DNA of 64,000 nt from Escherichia coli (lineage in GTDB: Bacteria; Pseudomonadota; Gammaproteobacteria; Enterobacterales; Enterobacteriaceae): the NCBI RefSeq assembly GCF_050920415.1, contig NZ_CP169309.1; one strand, given 5' to 3'. Below the pieces are notes generated by a model that did no database searches, was not told where the DNA came from, and saw only the letters and a list, made by a program, of their open reading frames with translations. The translations under genes and the position numbers were made by a program. This document shows positions 58,297 through 64,000 of this stretch, piece by piece. Within the stretch, counting starts at the first letter, position 1, and each line of letters begins with the position of its first letter.

Positions 58297-58661
58297 TTAA
58301 TTTTCCTGCCTGGCGTAAACCTCTTAAAAATTGAGATTTATCAAAGAAACGCATTTTAGCACACATCAGGAACTGCTTCACGTTTAGTCCAGAAACAGAA
58401 TTTATTTCGCTTATCAAAACAAGTCTTTACTCTTTTTTACATTGAAAGAGCACGAAATGATTTCCTTTTTTATTTATATGAGAAACCATTTTTGTTTCTT
58501 ATTGATGGCGTTTACGCTTACACCAGACAAAAATGCGCTTTACATCACACAAATGGCGGCGTAGATTTCGATTAAATTGCAACGTAGTTTATTTCTTAAA
58601 ACAATATTATTTGTTTCTTATAGAAACATTAATGCGACTTATTTTGAACAAGAGAAAATGA

Positions 58662-59678
58662 ATGAAAACTGTAAACGTAGCTTTACTGGCACTCATAATT
58701 TCAGCAACATCCAGCCCTATTGTTTTAGCTGGTGATACCATTGAAGCGGCGGCAACAGAGCTTTCAGCCATTAACTCTGGCATGTCGCAATCGGAGATTG
58801 AGCAGAAGATTACCCGCTTTTTAGAACGCACCGACAACAGCCCCGCTGCATATACCTATTTGACTGAACATCACTACATCCCTTCTGAAACACCTGATAC
58901 CACTCTGACTCCCCCTGTCCAGACAGATCCTGACGCAGGACAAAAAACCGTTGCCGCTACAGGTGATGTACAGACAACCGCCCGTTATCAGAGCATGATC
59001 AACGCCCGACAGTCTGCGGTAACTGATGCCCAGCAAACGCAAATTACAGAGCAACAGGCGCAGATCGTAGCCACACAAAAAACGCTCGCCGCGACTGGAG
59101 ATACGCAAAATACCGCGCATTATCAGGAGATGATTAATGCCAGGCTGGCGGCTCAAAATGAGGCTAATCAGCGCACTACCACTGAACAAGGGCAGAAAAT
59201 GAATGCGCTGACAACCGATGTGGCAGCACAACAGCAATATGAAAGGACTCAATACGATAAACAAATGCAAAGTCTGGCGCAGAAGTCTGTCCAGGCACAT
59301 GAGCAAATTGAAAGTCTGAGACAAGATTCCGCACAAACGCAGCAACAGTTAACCAACACCCAAAACCGGGTCGCTGATAACAGCCAGCAAATTAACACGC
59401 TCAATAACCATTTCGATTCGCTGAAAAACGAAGTTGAGGACAATCGTAAAGAAGCCAATGCGGGAACTGCATCTGCCATCGCTATCGCCTCACAACCACA
59501 GGTGAAAACCGGTGACTTGATGATGGTGTCAGCGGGAGCGGGAACGTTCAACGGTGAATCTGCGGTGTCTGTAGGAACATCTTTTAATGCCGGAACGCAT
59601 ACGGTACTTAAAGCAGGTATTTCTGCGGATACACAATCTGATTTCGGTACGGGTGTCGGCGTGGGATATTCGTTCTAA
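58662..59678 (+). CDS. Small trimeric-autotransporter-like protein (signal peptide, Q-rich coiled-coil stalk, YadA-type C-terminal anchor)
   Basis: Signal peptide MKTVNVALLALIISATSSPIVLA; internal tandem motif KT(V/L)AATGD.Q.TA.YQ.MINAR twice; C-terminus ...EANAGTASAIAIASQPQ...MVSAGAGTF.GESAVSVGTSF...GVGVGYSF matches the YadA anchor pattern. Confidence 0.7.
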   Translation: MKTVNVALLALIISATSSPIVLAGDTIEAAATELSAINSGMSQSEIEQKITRFLERTDNSPAAYTYLTEHHYIPSETPDTTLTPPVQTDPDAGQKTVAATGDVQTTARYQSMINARQSAVTDAQQTQITEQQAQIVATQKTLAATGDTQNTAHYQEMINARLAAQNEANQRTTTEQGQKMNALTTDVAAQQQYERTQYDKQMQSLAQKSVQAHEQIESLRQDSAQTQQQLTNTQNRVADNSQQINTLNNHFDSLKNEVEDNRKEANAGTASAIAIASQPQVKTGDLMMVSAGAGTFNGESAVSVGTSFNAGTHTVLKAGISADTQSDFGTGVGVGYSF

Positions 59679-59731
59679 TTTTAACAGCAATTTCTTATTC
59701 GCAATTTTCCGTACATTATTTAAGGTTAACA

Positions 59732-60154
59732 ATGATGAATAGCTCCATTAAATCGTTTTCCCTGCTGGCGGTTATATTACTGGCTGGCTGTAGTTCACCC
59801 ACTTCCCGCATCGCAGATTGCCAGGCGCAGGGCGTCAGTCATGATACCTGTTATCTCGCAGAACAACAGCGTCAGACGGCTATTTTAAGTGCATCCGAGG
59901 CGCAGGCATTTAAAAATGCAGAAGCCGCACAACATGCCCAGGCGGCAAAGAAAGCCATTTATAAAGGATTTGGCATGACCTTTAGAATGAGCAGTAAGAA
60001 CTTTGCTTATCTCAATGATTCATTATGTGCAATTGATGAAGACAATAAAGATGCCACTGTTTATCAGTCAGGTCTTTATAACGTCATTGTTTATCACCAC
60101 ACGGGAAAAGTCGCCTTAATGAAGGAAGGTCAGTTTGTGGGTTATTTAAAATGA
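59732..60154 (+). CDS. Lipoprotein, 140 aa
   Basis: Signal peptide with lipobox LLAGC; AAGG RBS. Confidence 0.65.
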   Translation: MMNSSIKSFSLLAVILLAGCSSPTSRIADCQAQGVSHDTCYLAEQQRQTAILSASEAQAFKNAEAAQHAQAAKKAIYKGFGMTFRMSSKNFAYLNDSLCAIDEDNKDATVYQSGLYNVIVYHHTGKVALMKEGQFVGYLK

Positions 60155-60357
60155 AGGAGCAAAGGAAAATCCCCCTGACGCATATTATGATTATCGGTGC
60201 GTTTATTTTTGCCTTCTTACAAGTGGTGTTATTAGCCTCCCTGGTTCACGCTGTGAATGTTAACAACGAAATCCAGGAAGGCTTATTTCAGTCGGGGCGC
60301 ATTATGGTAGAAAGTTTGCAGCATATTCTGTCTGTGCAACCGGTGATTAACGGGTAA
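60151..60357 (+). CDS. Small membrane protein, 68 aa
   Basis: ATGA overlap with the lipoprotein gene; single hydrophobic helix IMIIGAFIFAFLQVVLLASLV. Confidence 0.45.
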   Translation: MKEQRKIPLTHIMIIGAFIFAFLQVVLLASLVHAVNVNNEIQEGLFQSGRIMVESLQHILSVQPVING

Positions 60358-60445
60358 GAGCACCGCTTCCATTTATAGAGCAATAGTCACCAGCGTAATT
60401 TTCTGGCACAGTTCAGGGAACTGAAATTTTGGCTAAGGAGTGGCC

Positions 60446-61669
60446 ATGCTTTTTCCCTTTCGAAAACCTGAAGTACGTCTGCTGAAAAATACCGCTGCGG
60501 GCGTCATTTTTTCGGTGAAGTCAGGTAAAGGATTTCTGCGTCAATGTGTGATTTACGATCCGCACCCTTATGGGCTTATCCGTTCGCTCTGCTGGCAGGA
60601 TGTCCCGTTAATACGTTTCTGGTCCGAGGCTGGCTGCCCCACCTGTGCGGAATTTGTCTACAGCGGTTTTGCGGATGATGAACAGGGAGCCGCCCGGTTT
60701 TTGTCTGCTCTCGAAAACTGGAATCGCCCGTGGTCTGGCATGACGGACGCTTTTGCCGCGCTGACACCGCTGTTCTCATGCATGGCTGATGGCTATTATC
60801 TGCTCGAAGATCGTGAACTTTACCCGACGGATGGCAACGGGCATTTCTTTTGGGCGGCAACGGACCATAGCGCCAGTAATCCGGCGACCGTTGCCGTCTG
60901 GGATCCTGAATATTGCTATTTCAGTGACACCGCCCCCTGTTTTCTTCTACCCGGCCAGCCGCCATCACATTTTAATCCTGAGCGTGCGACGTTTTATCGC
61001 GATAAACCGGACGCCCGCGCTCTGGCCTGGTATCTCCCTGATTCCTATCTCTGCGTTCTGCTCGACGGACACCATAAAGCAACAGCCGCCGCGCTGGAAG
61101 GGCGACCGCTCAAAACACTGGTGCTCAGCACGGCAACCCATTTTAATGATGAGCAACAAACCCTGGTATTTCCGGGCGGAGAATGTCTGCACAAAACAGA
61201 GCTACTGTGCCAGGTTCCCAAACTCACTGAGTGGAAAACATTACCGCCCGGCGCATGGGAGAGTTTCGGCCCTGATAAGCACATCAGCCCATCCGAAACC
61301 TGGTCAGAAGAGTTGCAGCAGAGCGTCAGTCGGTACCCTTCACTGGATCAAGCCTGGCAAATTGTTGAGGCCGGGAATTTGAGCGAAGCTCGTATTAAGC
61401 GCATGATCCAACAAGGTTTGGAGGGGGATGAAAAGGCTGATGTTATTTTGCAGGCACTGTTTTCCACATACTCGCCGCTTTTTGTTGACTTTGCTCGATT
61501 CGTTATCAGCCATCCGGCATACGCCATTTATCGCCCTCTCACCTTCCGGTTGATGGCGCAAAACCGAACGCCGCAAGCAGATGCTTTTTTTCTGGATTTT
61601 GCCATCAATGATGACGGCGAACGTCCGGAGTTGACGAAAATAATGGACGACTATTTTCGCAAGCCTTAA
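60446..61669 (+). CDS. Hypothetical protein, about 407 aa
   Basis: AAGGAG RBS 7 nt upstream of the ATG at 60446 (the ORF track starts at GTG 60440); no recognisable domain; host-like GC. Confidence 0.6.
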   Translation: MLFPFRKPEVRLLKNTAAGVIFSVKSGKGFLRQCVIYDPHPYGLIRSLCWQDVPLIRFWSEAGCPTCAEFVYSGFADDEQGAARFLSALENWNRPWSGMTDAFAALTPLFSCMADGYYLLEDRELYPTDGNGHFFWAATDHSASNPATVAVWDPEYCYFSDTAPCFLLPGQPPSHFNPERATFYRDKPDARALAWYLPDSYLCVLLDGHHKATAAALEGRPLKTLVLSTATHFNDEQQTLVFPGGECLHKTELLCQVPKLTEWKTLPPGAWESFGPDKHISPSETWSEELQQSVSRYPSLDQAWQIVEAGNLSEARIKRMIQQGLEGDEKADVILQALFSTYSPLFVDFARFVISHPAYAIYRPLTFRLMAQNRTPQADAFFLDFAINDDGERPELTKIMDDYFRKP

Positions 61670-62077
61670 TCACCCCGCTCGATGATGACAGCAGCCGGAG
61701 AGATTTTCGATAATTGGGCAGTCGGCGCTGTCATCACCGGGGCAGGCATTCGCCAGCGCCAGTAGCTGGTCGCGCATGGATTGCAGCTCCTCAATGTGCC
61801 GTTCGATCTCCGCTACCTTCTCCAGCGTACGACGTTTGACGTCGGCACTGTGACGCTGCGGATCGTTAAACAGATTCACCAGTTCGCCGCTCTCTTCCAG
61901 GTTAAAGCCCACCTGGCGCGCCTGGCGCAGTAAGGTCAGTTCGTTGAGATGCTGCTGCGTGTAGGTTCGATAACCATTTTCGCTGCGCATCGGCGGCGTC
62001 ACTAGCCCCTTTTCTTCATAGAAGCGAATGGCTTTGCTGGTCAGGCCGGTAATTTTTGCTACATCGCTAATGTTCAT
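61670..62077 (-). CDS. cueR: MerR-family copper-responsive regulator
   Basis: 135 aa starting [26 protein letters not shown] and ending CCHHRAG, recognised CueR sequence. Confidence 0.95.
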
Positions 62078-63249
62078 CGTTCGCGCAACGCCTCCTGTGC
62101 TTTGTTAAAGGGTTTCAACAGATAATCCAGCACGCTTTTTTTGCCGGTGCGGATATCGACCGTCGCCACCATGCCGGGAAATATCGGAAACTGCTGTTTA
62201 TGTTTATTTTCCAGATGGTTGCTGAAAGTGCGAATGTACACCCGATAGTAATAAACATCGCGTCGCACTTCATCCTGCACGGTGTCTGGTGATATCACCG
62301 CCACTTCCCCCGGCAGGCCGCCGTAGATGGAGTAGTCGTAAGCGGTTATTTTCACCAGCGATTTTTGCCCCGGATGGATAAACGCCACATCGCGGGGGGA
62401 GATTTTTGCCTCGATCAACAGTTGCTCATCCAGCGGCACGATAGTCATAAGTTTACCACCGGGGGCGATGACGCCGCCAACCGTGGTGACGTCAATGTCC
62501 TGAACAATGCCTCGCACCGGCGCAGTAAAGTTGAGCCGGGTGAGAGAATCTTCCCGCCCGCGGATCACCGAACGCTGGGTTTCCACTTCCGCATTGGCTT
62601 TCGCTAACTCTTCCCGCGCCTGTACGTAGTATTGCGTACGCACGTCGCTAAGTTTGTTTTCCAGTTCATTGGCCTGGCGTTGCAGGCGCAGCACTTCAAC
62701 GCTGCTCGCCGCCCCCTGTTTCACCAGCGGCTGGGTCATCGCCAGTTCGCGGTTGACCAGGCTGATCCCCTGCGTCAGCCCGGTGGTGGCTTTGTTCAAC
62801 CCGTCGCGGCGAGTGTTATATAACGCCGTTTCCGACTCGATAAGTTCGGGGAATTTATTCAGTTCGTCAGGAAAGACCAGCGGTTTATTGCTCACTTCTG
62901 CCCGCAGCCGCGCCGAGGTTGCCAGCGCCGCATACAGCCGCGACATCGCTTCCTGGACGTCGGATTCCGTTTTGGTGCGGTTAAGCTGCGCCAGCGGCTG
63001 CCCCTGTTCGACAATATCGCCAACCTTCACGTCGAGATGATACAAAATCCCGCCTTCCAGCGACTGCACCACCTGTTCGCGTCCAGAAGGTTCTACCGTG
63101 CCGCTGCCGGTGGTGACTTCATCAAGCTGGAAGTACCACGCCCAGCCGAGAAAACAGAGCAGCATCACAGCGGTAACGCGCACCGCCAGCGCCGAACGTG
63201 GCAGGCGGGGTTCAGTCAGGCCACGGTTGTATTGCAGTTGTCCGTTCAT
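62074..63249 (-). CDS. Type I secretion membrane fusion protein (HlyD family)
   Basis: 391 aa; N-terminal TM segment, long coiled-coil region, C-terminal [23 protein letters not shown] typical of HlyD-family T1SS adaptors. Confidence 0.8.
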
Positions 63250-64000
63250 GCGGCAGACCCCTTATTCTTCTCCTGCAACACCACGCGTCGCGTCGTGGGT
63301 TCGCCCTGTTCACGCAAAATGGTCTCTTTCGCGCCGTCCATCACAATGCGCCCCTGATCCATCACAATTATCCTGTCCACCAGTTGCAGCATTGCCGTGC
63401 GGTGAGTAGCGATGACCAGCGTGCGATGCCCAATCCACTGTTTTAGTTGTTCAATTAAATACGCTTCCGCCATTTCATCCAGCGAGGCACTGGGTTCATC
63501 GAGCAGGACGATATTGGGTTGAGAGATGAGCAGCCGCGCCAGCAGCAGCGTTTGCCGCTGGCCGCCAGAAAGACCAAATCCCCCTTCCTGAATCATGTAG
63601 TTAAGGCCGTTTTTCTGCTTCTGCACAAACGGCAGCGCCCCGCTGAGGGTCAACGCGCGTTCGATATCTTCATCGCTGGCTTCTGGCATCCCCATGGTGA
63701 GATTTTCCCGCAGCGAACCGAAGAACAGTCGCCCAGTCTGGCTCAGCAGCCCCATGTCGCGGCGCAGATCCGCCGGATCAAGTTGCCCGATGCTGATGTT
63801 ATCCAGCAGCACCTGCCCCTGCTGGGCGATACGCATTCCGGCGAGCATTTGCAGTAGCGTTGATTTACCCGCGCCGTTGCGCCCGAGAATGGCGATTTTC
63901 TCTCCGGCCTGAATGTTGAGTTTGCCGATCGCCACATCGGCAATCTTCTCTTCTTCGTCGTAATAAAACACCGCGTTGCTGAACTGATAATTTCCGTGCA
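63246..64000 (-). CDS. Type I secretion ABC transporter, C-terminal ATPase part (5' end outside the window)
   Basis: Walker A GRNGAGKST, signature LSGGQRQ, Walker B LLDEPSASLD; 4-nt overlap with the MFP gene start. Confidence 0.8.
   Translation of the reverse strand, partial: HGNYQFSNAVFYYDEEEKIADVAIGKLNIQAGEKIAILGRNGAGKSTLLQMLAGMRIAQQGQVLLDNISIGQLDPADLRRDMGLLSQTGRLFFGSLRENLTMGMPEASDEDIERALTLSGALPFVQKQKNGLNYMIQEGGFGLSGGQRQTLLLARLLISQPNIVLLDEPSASLDEMAEAYLIEQLKQWIGHRTLVIATHRTAMLQLVDRIIVMDQGRIVMDGAKETILREQGEPTTRRVVLQEKNKGSAA

Overview
Escherichia coli-type chromosomal window, in reverse orientation relative to K-12 as I recall that map. All identifications are from reading the sequence and from memory of protein families; no database search was run. 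Left to right: the end of a lambdoid prophage (bet, exo, small lambda-like ORFs, xis, argU-type integrase) integrated at tRNA-Arg(UCU); fimZ and the sfmACDHF chaperone-usher fimbrial operon; the core block folD-ybcJ-ybcI-cysS-ppiB-lpxH-purEK; the fdrA-ylbE-ylbF-ybcF cluster and the allantoin/glyoxylate regulon (allDCE, glxK, ybbY, allB, ybbW, glxR, hyi, gcl, allR, allA, allS); selU; then an AT-rich accessory island at the position K-12 uses for the RhsD element; then ybbP-ybbA-tesA-ybbO-ybbN-fetBA-qmcA-ybbJ; a four-to-five gene insert containing a small trimeric-autotransporter-like gene; cueR; and a type I secretion MFP/ABC pair running off the window. The most interesting content is the accessory island (about 38.9-49.1 kb): a full-length vgrG with a C-terminal extension, followed by an uncharacterised HExxH-motif protein and a signal-peptide protein (putative type VI effector/immunity pair), then a second decayed copy of the same module (vgrG 3' fragment, frameshifted HExxH gene, intact immunity homologue), bracketed by direct repeats of H-repeat (ISAs1-like) transposase 3' ends. 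Other notable points: allD carries an in-frame TAA stop at codon 57; cueR is separated from ybbJ by the adhesin-like cluster and overlaps the stop of the secretion MFP gene. No CRISPR array or rRNA was seen.
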